From Thermoproteus tenax Kra 1 (GTDB taxonomy: Archaea > Thermoproteota > Thermoprotei > Thermoproteales > Thermoproteaceae): a stretch of 32,000 nt of DNA. Under the pieces are notes generated by a model. That model searched no databases. It saw only the letters and a program-made list of their open reading frames with translations, and was not told where the DNA came from. Both the position numbers and the translations under genes were made by a program. How positions within the stretch are numbered: position 1 is the stretch's first letter; each line of letters opens with the position of its first letter. The stretch covers positions 810,001-842,000 of the forward strand of contig NC_016070.1 in the NCBI RefSeq assembly GCF_000253055.1. Reading direction: 5' to 3'. Shown in pieces: positions 8,114 through 17,061 of this stretch.

Positions 8114-9463
8114 ATGGCGCCGAAATGGCACTGGCCCCAAATAGACCCGGATAGAGTCCCCTTGGTTAAGATAGAACCGCCCGGCCCCAAGGCGCTTGAG
8201 ATAATACGCAGAGACGAGGCCGTCATAATGCAATCGTTCACGCGATGGTATCCCCTCGTTGTAGCGCGAGGCTATGGCCCCGTCGTGGAGGATGTCGACG
8301 GCAACCTCTACATAGATTACAACGCGGGCATCGCCGTCACGGCGACCGGTCACGCGCACCCTAAAGTGGTCGACGCCATAAAGCGGCAGTCTGAGCTCTT
8401 CCTCCATTACTCTCTCACTGATTTCTACTACGAAATAGCCGTGTCTCTAGCAGAGAAGCTTACATCTATAGCGCCCATATCGGGCCAGAAGAAGGTCTTC
8501 TTCACTAACAGCGGCACGGAGTCCATAGAGGGGATAGCCAAGATAGCGAGGGGCTATTTCAGAGGACAGAGGCCCTACATAGTGGCCTTCTACGGCGCAT
8601 TCCACGGCAGAACCTATATGTCCATGTCGCTGTCGGCGTCAAAGCCTGTTCACAGAAGGTATTTCTCCCCCATGATGCCGAACGTGATCCACGTGCCGTA
8701 CCCGCACCCAGTCCACTGTCCCTTCAAGGCCAAAGATCCGGAAGAATGCGGGCGCTATGCGCTTGAGTTCCTAGAGGATTGGGTCTTCGGCAGATTGGTG
8801 AGTCCGGAGGAGGTCGCGGCGGTTCTCATAGAGCCCATACAGGGCGAGGGGGGCTATGTGGTACCTCCTAAGAGCTTCATAAGAGGGCTTAGAGAGATTA
8901 CCAAGGAGCATGGAATTCTTCTAGCAGTAGACGAAGTACAGACCGGTTTCGGGAGGACGGGCAGATGGTTCGCCATAGAGCACTTCGGGGTGGAGCCCGA
9001 CATAATAGGCACGGCCAAAGCCATAGCCTCGGGCCTTCCTCTAGGCGCCATTATAGGGAGGGCGGAGATTATGTCGTTGCCCAGAGGGTCCCACGCAAAT
9101 ACTTTCGGCGGAAATCCTGTGGCCGCCGCCGCTGCGCTTGCGACGCTCTCCGTGATTGAGGAGGAGGGCTTGCTAGAGCACGCAGAGAGGGTAGGTAACG
9201 AGATAAAGAAGGCTCTTGTTGATATAGCGGGAGATCGCCACGATGTGAGAGGCCTAGGCTTAATGATAGGAGTGGAGCTGTTAGATGAACGAAGGAGACC
9301 GGCAAAGAACCTCGATGAGGTTCTGACTAGGTCTTTCAAAAGGGGACTTGCCGTTATAGGCGCTGGTACGTCCACTGTGCGCATCGCGCCGCCGCTTGTT
9401 ATCCCAGAGCAGATGGCCCTAAAGGGCGTTGAGATATTATCTGATGCTTTGAAATCTCGCTAG
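8114..9463 (+). CDS. class III PLP aminotransferase (4-aminobutyrate/ornithine aminotransferase-like)
   Basis: DGNLYIDYNAGIAVTATGHAHPKVV, FFTNSGTESIEGIAKIAR, GAFHGRTYMSMS, AVLIEPIQGEGGYVVPP, AVDEVQTGFGRTGRWFA, HANTFGGNPVAAAAALA. Confidence 0.92.
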   Translation: MAPKWHWPQIDPDRVPLVKIEPPGPKALEIIRRDEAVIMQSFTRWYPLVVARGYGPVVEDVDGNLYIDYNAGIAVTATGHAHPKVVDAIKRQSELFLHYSLTDFYYEIAVSLAEKLTSIAPISGQKKVFFTNSGTESIEGIAKIARGYFRGQRPYIVAFYGAFHGRTYMSMSLSASKPVHRRYFSPMMPNVIHVPYPHPVHCPFKAKDPEECGRYALEFLEDWVFGRLVSPEEVAAVLIEPIQGEGGYVVPPKSFIRGLREITKEHGILLAVDEVQTGFGRTGRWFAIEHFGVEPDIIGTAKAIASGLPLGAIIGRAEIMSLPRGSHANTFGGNPVAAAAALATLSVIEEEGLLEHAERVGNEIKKALVDIAGDRHDVRGLGLMIGVELLDERRRPAKNLDEVLTRSFKRGLAVIGAGTSTVRIAPPLVIPEQMALKGVEILSDALKSR

Positions 9464-9676
9464 CTTTTTCTTCTTCCAATTCACTTCGTCCTCCAGATAC
9501 CATTCAACTATCAATTCGCGGGCTTCGGCCATTAGCAGAGCTGCCCTATATGCTTTATCCCACGAACGGCTCTTGTACTCTATGTTCCATCCAGCTTGAA
9601 CTAATCTATCAACATCGCGAAGACGACCAGTGACAAAAACTCTCCCCTCCCTCTTGTTGCTCAAGACCCAAAACAT
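9437..9676 (-). CDS. small hypothetical protein, convergent with the aminotransferase gene
   Basis: 79 aa ORF, lysine-rich C-terminus, preceded by an AT-rich region with TATA-like sequences. Confidence 0.5.
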   Translation of the reverse strand: MFWVLSNKREGRVFVTGRLRDVDRLVQAGWNIEYKSRSWDKAYRAALLMAEARELIVEWYLEDEVNWKKKKLARFQSIR

Positions 9677-10041
9677 GAATATTTATCGATGGTAGTTTAT
9701 AAGAAATCTTTTTTATACACGTCCATTAATCAAGAAAAATATCTTTAAAACTATTAATAATTATGTATATTTTAAAAGAATTATAGCTCCAATTAACTTA
9801 ATTACATATATTGGAGTATTATCATTAGTTTTTAGTAGACTATAAAAACAGACATAATATTAGAGTATTACAATTGTTGGACGACCTTCGTTTAGGCCGT
9901 TTCTTCCTTAGACCTTCCTCGCTTCCTCTAGCCCTAACGGAAATCTGGATGATTCCCACTATAGCCGCGGGAAAATGGAACAAGCTCGGTCAAAAGGCCC
10001 TCGATATAAATGCTTAAAAACTGCGGGTTATGAAAATGAAA

Positions 10042-10138
10042 GGGCCCGTAGCTTAGCCAGGTTGGAGCGCCCAGGGGACAGAGCCCCCGCGTATGGCTGA
10101 TAACCGGGAGGCCCCGGGTTCAAATCCCGGCGGGCCCA
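10042..10138 (+). tRNA. tRNA-Ile (anticodon GAU) with a 22-nt noncanonical intron at 29/30
   Basis: Acceptor GGGCCCG/CGGGCCC, D-arm GCTTAGCCAGGTTGGAGC, anticodon arm CCC[intron]GG-CTGATAA-CCGGG, T-arm CCGGG-TTCAAAT-CCCGG, A73. Removing 10073..10094 (AGGGGACAGAGCCCCCGCGTAT) restores a perfect 75-nt cloverleaf. Confidence 0.95.
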
Positions 10139-10297
10139 CTATAGTCTTTCTAGTCGATAGCGGTTGTTCAACCAGAGACCGTAGATGTTTCCACAGCCGC
10201 CGCAGCTCCTGACGGTGCCTTCACCCGACGGCCATGACCTCCAAAGGCATTGAGGGGGCTAGAGACGACGCCGATCTGTAAATTTTTAAAGCGATTA

Positions 10298-10813
10298 GTG
10301 AACAGAGCCGTGCAAGGGCTCGGTAAATTAAAGCTCGGCGTTGAGGAGTGGAAGAAGATCGAGGGCGACCTGGTGCGCATCGCCGGCTCTGATCAACTGG
10401 AGCTATTATTAAACTTTACATTAGTGAAAGCCGAGGAAGAGGAAGGCGAGGAGGAACATGAACACGAGCACGGCCTCATGCCATCAGATAAAGAATTTGC
10501 AAAGGAGATCGGAGACTTTATGGACTACGTTGTAAAGACATATAAGGCCGACGCACATCCGCACTTCCACGGAGATCACGGCACTGTCCTCTTCGTAATA
10601 AGGGGACCGCCAAAAGAGCTAATTAAGGCGTTTAGGGACGTCTTGGAATACGCAAGATCCAACTGCGAGAAATGCGCCGTGCACGGCATCGACGGAGAGT
10701 TCCACTTAGGCGAGGACCTCGCCGGCATTTACTTCGGCGATATCTATAAAGTGACTTTCATTCTGCCTGGAGAAGACGGACGTCGCCTGCGCGTCTACGA
10801 AGCGCATCCATAA
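10298..10813 (+). CDS. hypothetical protein with acidic/His-rich segment (EEEEGEEEHEHEHG ... HPHFHGDHG)
   Basis: ORF 10250..10813. AATTTTTAAA promoter-like sequence at about 10268-10277 overlaps the annotated start, so a leaderless GTG at 10298 or 10310 is more likely. Confidence 0.65.
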   Translation: MNRAVQGLGKLKLGVEEWKKIEGDLVRIAGSDQLELLLNFTLVKAEEEEGEEEHEHEHGLMPSDKEFAKEIGDFMDYVVKTYKADAHPHFHGDHGTVLFVIRGPPKELIKAFRDVLEYARSNCEKCAVHGIDGEFHLGEDLAGIYFGDIYKVTFILPGEDGRRLRVYEAHP

Positions 10814-11099
10814 TGCACTGGAGCACCTGATCGGTGTAGGGGCTCCTTACTTTTTGTAAAAGTTCGAGGGACACGTGGGGTATGCCCCCGATCCACACCC
10901 TCTTGTTTGAGAAGCCGCTTCCCTCTATGGGCCACACGCAAGGCATGCCGGAGACTCTATCCAGATCGCTCATCGCCACGACGACGTCGCACTCGCACGG
11001 GATCTCAAGCTTGCACTCAAAGGCGCGAGCCCAACCGACTAGCCCTCCCAATGTCTCTATGCCTCTCGATATGAGATCCCAGTAGAGCTCACACTCCAT
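10758..11099 (-). CDS. hypothetical protein, overlapping convergently with the His-rich protein gene
   Basis: 113 aa ORF with CKLEIPCECD motif and protein-like composition. Confidence 0.5.
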   Translation of the reverse strand: MECELYWDLISRGIETLGGLVGWARAFECKLEIPCECDVVVAMSDLDRVSGMPCVWPIEGSGFSNKRVWIGGIPHVSLELLQKVRSPYTDQVLQCIMDALRRRAGDVRLLQAE

Positions 11100-11201
11100 A
11101 GCGCTTGACGCCGGCCTCCTCTGGCGCGGACTTCCCCTCGCGGCGGTCGACCACGCAAGTTGGACGCAAGGACAATTTAAAATTTGTAGCGGCGTCCCTA
11201 C

Positions 11202-11369
11202 CTACGCGAACTCCTCCAGTGTCTTCGGATCTATATCCTCGACGATTATATAGAGGTTCCTCGGATCGATCCTGTCTATAATATCCGCCGCGCGCGCCAG
11301 AGGGATCTCGACGTATTCGCATATATTAAACTCGTCGCACCTCCTCTTTATCCAGACCTTGACCTTCAC
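11202..11369 (-). CDS. small hypothetical protein (55 aa, GTG start)
   Basis: Own reading: (V/M)KVKVWIKRRCDEFNICEYVEIPLARAADIIDRIDPRNLYIIVEDIDPKTLEEFA*. Shorter than every ORF in the supplied track, so probably below its length cutoff. The listed overlapping ORF 11089..11322 looks like the wrong frame. Confidence 0.45.
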   Translation of the reverse strand: MKVKVWIKRRCDEFNICEYVEIPLARAADIIDRIDPRNLYIIVEDIDPKTLEEFA

Positions 11370-11542
11370 ATTATGATCGAGGCCTAAAAAACACCTCTCC
11401 TCTGCTGTATATCCCAGCTACTGCCCAAGGCCCCTCCTCGCCCACACCCCATAGCGAGGCACTTTAGACGACTGGGCTGTCGGCGAGGGCGCAGATACAG
11501 CACCTTGGCATAAAGGCATGGGGGATATATGGTCATAATTGC

Positions 11543-12817
11543 CTAAAGGACAAGCTCCTCGCCCGGCGTAAGGGGGACGTATATGTTGTCGAAGCCCTTA
11601 AGGGCCATTTCGGATGCAAGCTGGAGCGATGCTTGAGGTTCGGCGTGAAATAGGATTATCCTCGTGTTGACGCTAAACCTTTGGGCGAACTCAATCAATT
11701 CCCTCCTGCCCGAATGTGCGGAAAAATCGAACCACTCGACTCTGGCTCTGACCTTTATAGTTGTCCCGTCGACTAGTGCCTCGCCCTTGGACAATATATC
11801 GAAGCCAGGCGTGTTTGGCGCCTGAAACGACGGAAGTATAACGGCATTCTTCGGGTCAGCGGCCAACCTCTTGAAATAATACAGAGAAGCCCCGCCCTTT
11901 AGCATGCCGGCCGGCGACACAATCACCGAGGGCTCAGCTCCTACGGCTTTCTTCCGCACATAGGCGTTGGGTATCTCCACTGCGTACTCCATCGCCTTTC
12001 TATACAAGTTATAGTCGTTCAACAGATGCGGATATTTGCCCACTATTACATTGACTTGACGCGCCAACCCGTCCACATAGATGGGGCCTATATCGTACTT
12101 GGCCAAAGTTAATAGAATCTCTTGGGCGCGGCCTAACGCAAAGGATGGGATCAACACGGTGCCTCCCCCCTCTAGGACCTCTTTCACGGCCGATACGAAC
12201 TCGCTCTCTAAGGTCTCGCGCGGCGGATGATCCGCCATGGCGTACGTTGCCTCCATTATCACAAAGTCGGGATCTTTGGGCAGATTGTATATATCGGAAC
12301 CCTTCAGCAGAGCTGTATCGCGCAGGTTAAAATCGCCGGTGAAGACAACAGTTCTGCCCTCGGCCTCCAAGACCGATATGGCGCTCCCTGGCACATGTCC
12401 GGCGTTATAGACTGTCAGTATGATGTCTGGGGCGAGCTCGACGGGCTCTCCATAGGTCAACGGTATTGCGCTGTCCATAGTCGCTTTCACTTCCTCGTGC
12501 GTGTAGGGGAGGTAGTATCCCGAGAGCTTTATCATGTCTGTATACATCACATCGCTGAGCTCCATGGTGAGCGGGGTGGCGTAGACAGGAGGCTTAACTG
12601 AGACGTACAAAGACGGCAGAGCTCCGCTGTGATCCAAGTGTGCATGGCTCAAGACTACTGCAATAAGATCCTTGGGCCTGACGTGCCCGGGGAATACTGG
12701 CCGCCCTTGGGAGTCGAAGTTGACCCCATAATCGAAGAGGATGGACCCCGATGATGTTTTGACTAACACGGCGGCCCTCCCCACCTCGCCGGCACCTCCT
12801 AGGAACTTTATAATCAC
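11543..12817 (-). CDS. metallo-beta-lactamase/beta-CASP ribonuclease (archaeal CPSF-like, no KH domains)
   Basis: LGGAGEVGR, LSHAHLDHSGALP, GHVPGSA, VVFTGDFN, beta-CASP motifs VLIPSFALGRAQE, IVSPAGML, FSAHSGRREL, ILFHAEP. Confidence 0.9.
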   Translation of the reverse strand: MIIKFLGGAGEVGRAAVLVKTSSGSILFDYGVNFDSQGRPVFPGHVRPKDLIAVVLSHAHLDHSGALPSLYVSVKPPVYATPLTMELSDVMYTDMIKLSGYYLPYTHEEVKATMDSAIPLTYGEPVELAPDIILTVYNAGHVPGSAISVLEAEGRTVVFTGDFNLRDTALLKGSDIYNLPKDPDFVIMEATYAMADHPPRETLESEFVSAVKEVLEGGGTVLIPSFALGRAQEILLTLAKYDIGPIYVDGLARQVNVIVGKYPHLLNDYNLYRKAMEYAVEIPNAYVRKKAVGAEPSVIVSPAGMLKGGASLYYFKRLAADPKNAVILPSFQAPNTPGFDILSKGEALVDGTTIKVRARVEWFDFSAHSGRRELIEFAQRFSVNTRIILFHAEPQASLQLASEMALKGFDNIYVPLTPGEELVL

Positions 12818-12929
12818 AGGTAGAGTGAGCTGAGGAGTATTTATTTCTCTGCGACGGCTATATAATCGCGCCTAACTTCCCGGTAGGTCGGGCGCGCTTA
12901 ATATTTAAGGGAGACGCAGAAAACCATTC

Positions 12930-13067
12930 ATGTCTCATGAGGCAGGAAAGGTGTTGGAGAGACTAGCCGATCTGCTCAAAAGGCTGGAGACCGTCGGCGC
13001 AGAGTTGGACAAAACCACCGAAGCTCTGAGAAGGGCCGAAGAGGATCTGAGATCAAAGTTTAAATAA
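12930..13067 (+). CDS. short coiled-coil protein (45 aa)
   Basis: Own reading: [45 protein letters not shown], with heptad-like leucine spacing. TATA-like ATATTTAAG at 12901-12909. Below the ORF-track cutoff. Confidence 0.6.
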   Translation: MSHEAGKVLERLADLLKRLETVGAELDKTTEALRRAEEDLRSKFK

Positions 13068-13086
13068 GGCCTCTACAGAGAGCTCG

Positions 13087-13467
13087 ATGCCAACGATGAG
13101 TAGCCAGCCGAGGAAGCAGAGGAAGGCGCTTGCGGAGATGCCTCTTCACCTTAGGCATAAGCTTATGACCGCAAAACTCTCGCCGGAGCTAAGTAGGAAA
13201 TTAGGGGTGTCTAGGCTACCTGTGAGAGTCGGCGATACTGTAGTGGTATTAAGGGGGGACTTCAAGGGCGTGTCAGGCAAGGTCGTCAGAGTGGATCTGA
13301 AAAGAGTGAGAATATACGTGGAGAACGTAACGAGAACCAACAGCAGAGGCGAGACTGTGTATTACCCCTTACATCCGAGCAAGGTCATGATAACTAACGT
13401 GGATACCTCGGACAAGTTCAGACAGAGGATCATTGAGCGGAGAAAGGCGAAGCAGACGGCCCAATAA
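13087..13467 (+). CDS. rpl24: 50S ribosomal protein L24 (uL24)
   Basis: [66 protein letters not shown] contains the KOW motif and the archaeal L24 N-terminus. Confidence 0.95.
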   Translation: MPTMSSQPRKQRKALAEMPLHLRHKLMTAKLSPELSRKLGVSRLPVRVGDTVVVLRGDFKGVSGKVVRVDLKRVRIYVENVTRTNSRGETVYYPLHPSKVMITNVDTSDKFRQRIIERRKAKQTAQ

Positions 13468-13886
13468 GAACCCCCATTGCGACCGGGGGCGCGAACAGCC
13501 CCACGTTGAGCTCTGTCTAGAGGAGAGACGAAAGTCCGGCATAGTTGAAGATCAAAATTCCCTGGCGCGTCGTTGAGGAGCGCCCCGATGTCCTAGACCT
13601 CGCCACAAGGTATATCGCATCGTCAACATTTGAATTTTAGGCCGCGACCCAACTAGAGGTGACAATATATGCGGCCGTCTCCAGGGCCTTGTGGCAACGC
13701 CGCCATGGCTGATCCGCCTTTCTCCCCTTGTGACTATCTAGCTCTTAAATTTGCGTAGTTCTCATATATGAATCGCCAACCCGGCCCCGGGACCGGCCAA
13801 TTTTGCCGGCCTCTCCACATGGGGTCGACCTCTACTCTCCAGTCGCTGTAGATTAATATTTAAAGCATAACGAAAAAAGGCTTCTG

Positions 13887-14405
13887 ATGAAGAAGCCGTT
13901 TTGCGACTTCTGCGTTAGGACGAGGGTGTTGTGTCCCAAATGCCAGGGCCTTATTGATAGCGGAGAATACAGCTATCTGGACGTTGACATCGTAGACGCA
14001 CTTATGAAGTTGGAAAAAAGATATAATCTATCCGACGTAGAATATGTAAAAGCATATGAGACCGACGCCTTTGTTGTAGTTGTATTGAGAGGTTTTAGGA
14101 AGTTGCCGAAGGGGGCCCAGATGCAGCTGGAGAGAGATCTATCCTCTCTGCTGAATAAAAACGTTAGAATTGTTGAGAAGGGGAGCGTCAATGAGATCAT
14201 AGCCCAATTGGTATCGCCGGCAAGGTTGCTCACAATATCGACCTCTTGGCTTCCCGACGGCACTAGCGAGACTATCGTGAAGATACCCTCTCGGGAGTTG
14301 CGACGGCTGCCAGTGAACCCCGAGAAACTACAAGAAATATTAAATAGAATAATTGGTTCAACAATTAAAATAAATATAATAAAAGAGAAAGAAATAAAGA
14401 TATAA
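13887..14405 (+). CDS. conserved archaeal protein with zinc finger and NusA/KH-like region
   Basis: MKKPFCDFCVRTRVLCPKCQ (paired CxxC), followed by a region resembling archaeal KH/NusA-like proteins; directly upstream of aspS. Confidence 0.6.
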   Translation: MKKPFCDFCVRTRVLCPKCQGLIDSGEYSYLDVDIVDALMKLEKRYNLSDVEYVKAYETDAFVVVVLRGFRKLPKGAQMQLERDLSSLLNKNVRIVEKGSVNEIIAQLVSPARLLTISTSWLPDGTSETIVKIPSRELRRLPVNPEKLQEILNRIIGSTIKINIIKEKEIKI

Positions 14406-14479
14406 AATAAAATTTTTTAATTGTGATCGTTATATTATTCTCACGATAAATAAAATTATTTAGGGGGTTCCTCGTAGAT

Positions 14480-15772
14480 GTGCCCCAGAAGACGCACTTC
14501 ACTTCCGAGATAACGCCGGATCTCGACGGAAGGGAGGTCGCGTTGGCCGGCTGGGTATGGGAGATCAGAGACTTGGGCAAGGTGAAGTTCGTGATTCTCA
14601 GAGACCGAGACGGAATGATACAGTTGACATTCAAGCCGGGCAAGACCCCCGAAAGCCTGCTGGAGCTTGTATCCAGCTTGAATAAGGAGGACGTAATAGC
14701 GGTGAGGGGCATTGTGGCGGCCAGCAAGATAGCAAGGGCCGGCGTCGAGGTATTCCCTCAAGAGCTCAGCATACTGGCTAAGGCCAAGCCTCTGCCTGTC
14801 GACATCTGGAACAACACATCGGACCTCCCCACAAGGTTGAAGTATAGAGCGGTCGATCTGAAGAACCCGCGCAACTTGGCCATCTTCACTCTGGCCTCTG
14901 AGATCCTTAGGGCCATAAGGGACACATTGTATAGACATAAGTTTATCGAGGTGTTCACGCCAAAGATTATATCCACCAGTACGGAGGGCGGCGCCGAGCT
15001 CTTCACAGTTCTTTATTTCGAGAGAGTCGCGTACTTGGCGCAGAGCCCTCAGCTTTATAAGGAGCAGCTCACGGCATCTCTTGAGAGAGTGTTCGAGATA
15101 GCGCCTGCCTACAGAGCTGAGAGACATAACACGGACTACCATTTGAACGAGTTCATATCGATAGACGGAGAGGCTGCGTTCATGAACTACAGAGACATCA
15201 TGGACGTATTGGAGGACCTCATGAGGTCGGTGGTCTCCGTAGTCAAATCGAGAGAGGACAGACTCAAGCGGTGGGGACTGAGACCGGCCTTGGAGGACGT
15301 CTCGGGCATACCTAGAGTAGAGTATGAGGAGGCGCTAGCCAAACTGAGATCACTGGGCTACGACGTCAAGTGGGGCGATGATCTGAACGTCGAGATGCAG
15401 CGGGCTCTCATGAAATACTACGGCCCGCTCTACTTCATAACAGACTTTCCGGCCGACCTCCGTCCGTTTTACACCAAGCGGAGCGAGGAGGATCCCAAGA
15501 AAAGCGAATCCTACGACCTAATATTGAACGGTATAGAAATAGTGTCGGGCGCCACTCGCGTGCACACGAGGGAGGTTCTAGAGGCAGAGATGAGGCGCAG
15601 AAGCTTAGATCCATCTGCGTTCGAGGGCCACCTCTCGGTATTCGACTGGGGCATGCCGCCGCACGCAGGATTCGGGCTGGGCTTCAATAGGCTTTTGATG
15701 GCCCTCCTGGGCCTTGAGAACGTCAGAGAGGCCGTCTTGTATCCTAGGGACAGATACAGACTAGAACCTTGA
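14480..15772 (+). CDS. aspS: aspartyl-tRNA synthetase (archaeal type)
   Basis: N-terminal OB fold (REVALAGWVWEIRDLGKVKFVILRDRDG), motif 2 IAPAYRAERHNTDYHLNEF, motif 3 GFGLGFNRLLMALLGLENVREAVLYPRD. Confidence 0.95.
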   Translation: MPQKTHFTSEITPDLDGREVALAGWVWEIRDLGKVKFVILRDRDGMIQLTFKPGKTPESLLELVSSLNKEDVIAVRGIVAASKIARAGVEVFPQELSILAKAKPLPVDIWNNTSDLPTRLKYRAVDLKNPRNLAIFTLASEILRAIRDTLYRHKFIEVFTPKIISTSTEGGAELFTVLYFERVAYLAQSPQLYKEQLTASLERVFEIAPAYRAERHNTDYHLNEFISIDGEAAFMNYRDIMDVLEDLMRSVVSVVKSREDRLKRWGLRPALEDVSGIPRVEYEEALAKLRSLGYDVKWGDDLNVEMQRALMKYYGPLYFITDFPADLRPFYTKRSEEDPKKSESYDLILNGIEIVSGATRVHTREVLEAEMRRRSLDPSAFEGHLSVFDWGMPPHAGFGLGFNRLLMALLGLENVREAVLYPRDRYRLEP

Positions 15773-16198
15773 GGAGTGAAAGGACTTGTCGGCCGCGCTT
15801 AATGTCAGGTATGTCATATTAGTGCCCCCTTTCACGACGCCGGCCTTCCCCCGGGGGAGCTCGGGGCTCGCCCGCGGAGACGCCCGAAAGCGGCCGCGGA
15901 CGAGGGGGCCCGGCCGTGCCCTAGCGTACGGGCTTGCCGGCTTCTACAGACAGCCGGTGCCTCAAGGCCGGTTGGTCCATGTGAGAGAAATGTTACGAGC
16001 TTAAAGCGCGAAGGTTGCCGAAAATCACCGAGACGCCGGCCTACAAGGACGCGCGGGTGAGGATGGAGAGAACCGAAGGCAGGCTTATCTCAAGAGCTGC
16101 CGCGCACGCCCGAGGCATCTTGGATACTGATGAGGGCAGCCAAGGAGGAGCTACCTGACGGTGCCTAAGGATAGGCGATAAATAGTAAAATGAGGAAT

Positions 16199-16603
16199 TT
16201 ATTTTACGACCAAGACGCTGATATCGCTTTCTTGAAGTAGTCTGGAGGCGACGCTGCCCAGGATAGACCTCCTTATAGTAGATAAACCTCGGCTTCCGAC
16301 AACTATTAGATCGGCCTTGACCTCTCGCGCGAACGCCACTATCTCGTGGGGCGGATCTCCCTCGAGCAGCTTCGTCTCTGCGTTAGGGAGCAGAGACTTG
16401 GCCTCCCTTAATGCCCTCTCGCCGTCATCGCGCAGATATTTTAGGAAACTCGCCGAGAACGCCTCTGAGAGCGATCCCAGAGCTGTGTCGACCACATAGA
16501 GCACGTAGACTTTAGAGCCGAACCTCTCTGACAGAGCCTTGGCGAACTGTAGCGCCTTTTTTGCGTGTTGTGAGCCATCGTATCCGACCACAATAACTTG
16601 CAT
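16199..16603 (-). CDS. universal stress protein (UspA family)
   Basis: MQVIVVGYDGSQHAKKALQFA...LLEGDPPHEIVAFAREVKADLIVVGSRGLSTIRRSILGSVASRLLQESDISVLVVK. Start trimmed from 16744 to the ATG at 16603, about 26 nt from a TTTTTTAATAA promoter element. Confidence 0.9.
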   Translation of the reverse strand: MQVIVVGYDGSQHAKKALQFAKALSERFGSKVYVLYVVDTALGSLSEAFSASFLKYLRDDGERALREAKSLLPNAETKLLEGDPPHEIVAFAREVKADLIVVGSRGLSTIRRSILGSVASRLLQESDISVLVVK

Positions 16604-16681
16604 GAGGAGGAGACGTTTTCCATTATTAAAAAATCTCGGTCCTGCTTGCCGTCCATTTCTGGGCGTCGCAGCCGACGTCGT

Positions 16682-16725
16682 GCCAGCCACTTCTGCCTCG
16701 CCCGCGCCTTTCCCGACAGCCCAGT
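16682..16725 (+). repeat. 44-nt exact direct repeat, copy 1
   Basis: GCCAGCCACTTCTGCCTCGCCCGCGCCTTTCCCGACAGCCCAGT, identical to 17840..17883. Confidence 0.95.
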
Positions 16726-17061
16726 GGTCTCTAGCGTAGATCACGGCACTAAGAGTTATTGCTCACTCCGAGCTCAAGGCACGGCCCCGTCGTCGCAAGC
16801 ACCTTGTGCACGCCATTAGGCTCTCTGTGCTCCAAAACGCCTAATTCCTCCACTGTGAAACAGAGCATTGTCTCTGGGAACACAAGGCGTATCCTCAGCG
16901 CAGATCCTCAAACCGCCAGCCGGAGCACTCCGCAGGCGGGGCACGTCCCTGGGCAATCCCATGGCGTTACAATTGAAATTACAACTCTCTAGGGCGGGGA
17001 AGGGGCCATCAAAGGGTGAGCCAGCCAACAACCTTTTAAAGAGGGCCTCAGATCCTCGCGC

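Noticed and set aside
13522-13540. GACGAAAGTCCGGC as RNase P RNA conserved region I (GAGGAAAGUCC-like)
   Set aside because: It is better explained as a GAC-GAAA-GUC tetraloop hairpin, and no matching P4 3' strand (ACAGAA...GGCUUA-like) was found downstream.
15786-16004. ORF 15786..16004 as a real protein gene
   Set aside because: Arg/Gly/Pro-rich translation of a very GC-rich segment with no recognisable motifs; more likely noncoding or decayed sequence.
16125-16165. CTGATGA...CTGA as a third C/D-box sRNA
   Set aside because: Only about 21 nt separates the boxes, with no D'/C' pair, which does not match archaeal C/D sRNA geometry.
16604-16744. N-terminal extension of the Usp ORF (16744 start)
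   Set aside because: The extension covers the promoter and the 44-nt repeat; the canonical Usp start is MQVIVVGYDGS at 16603.
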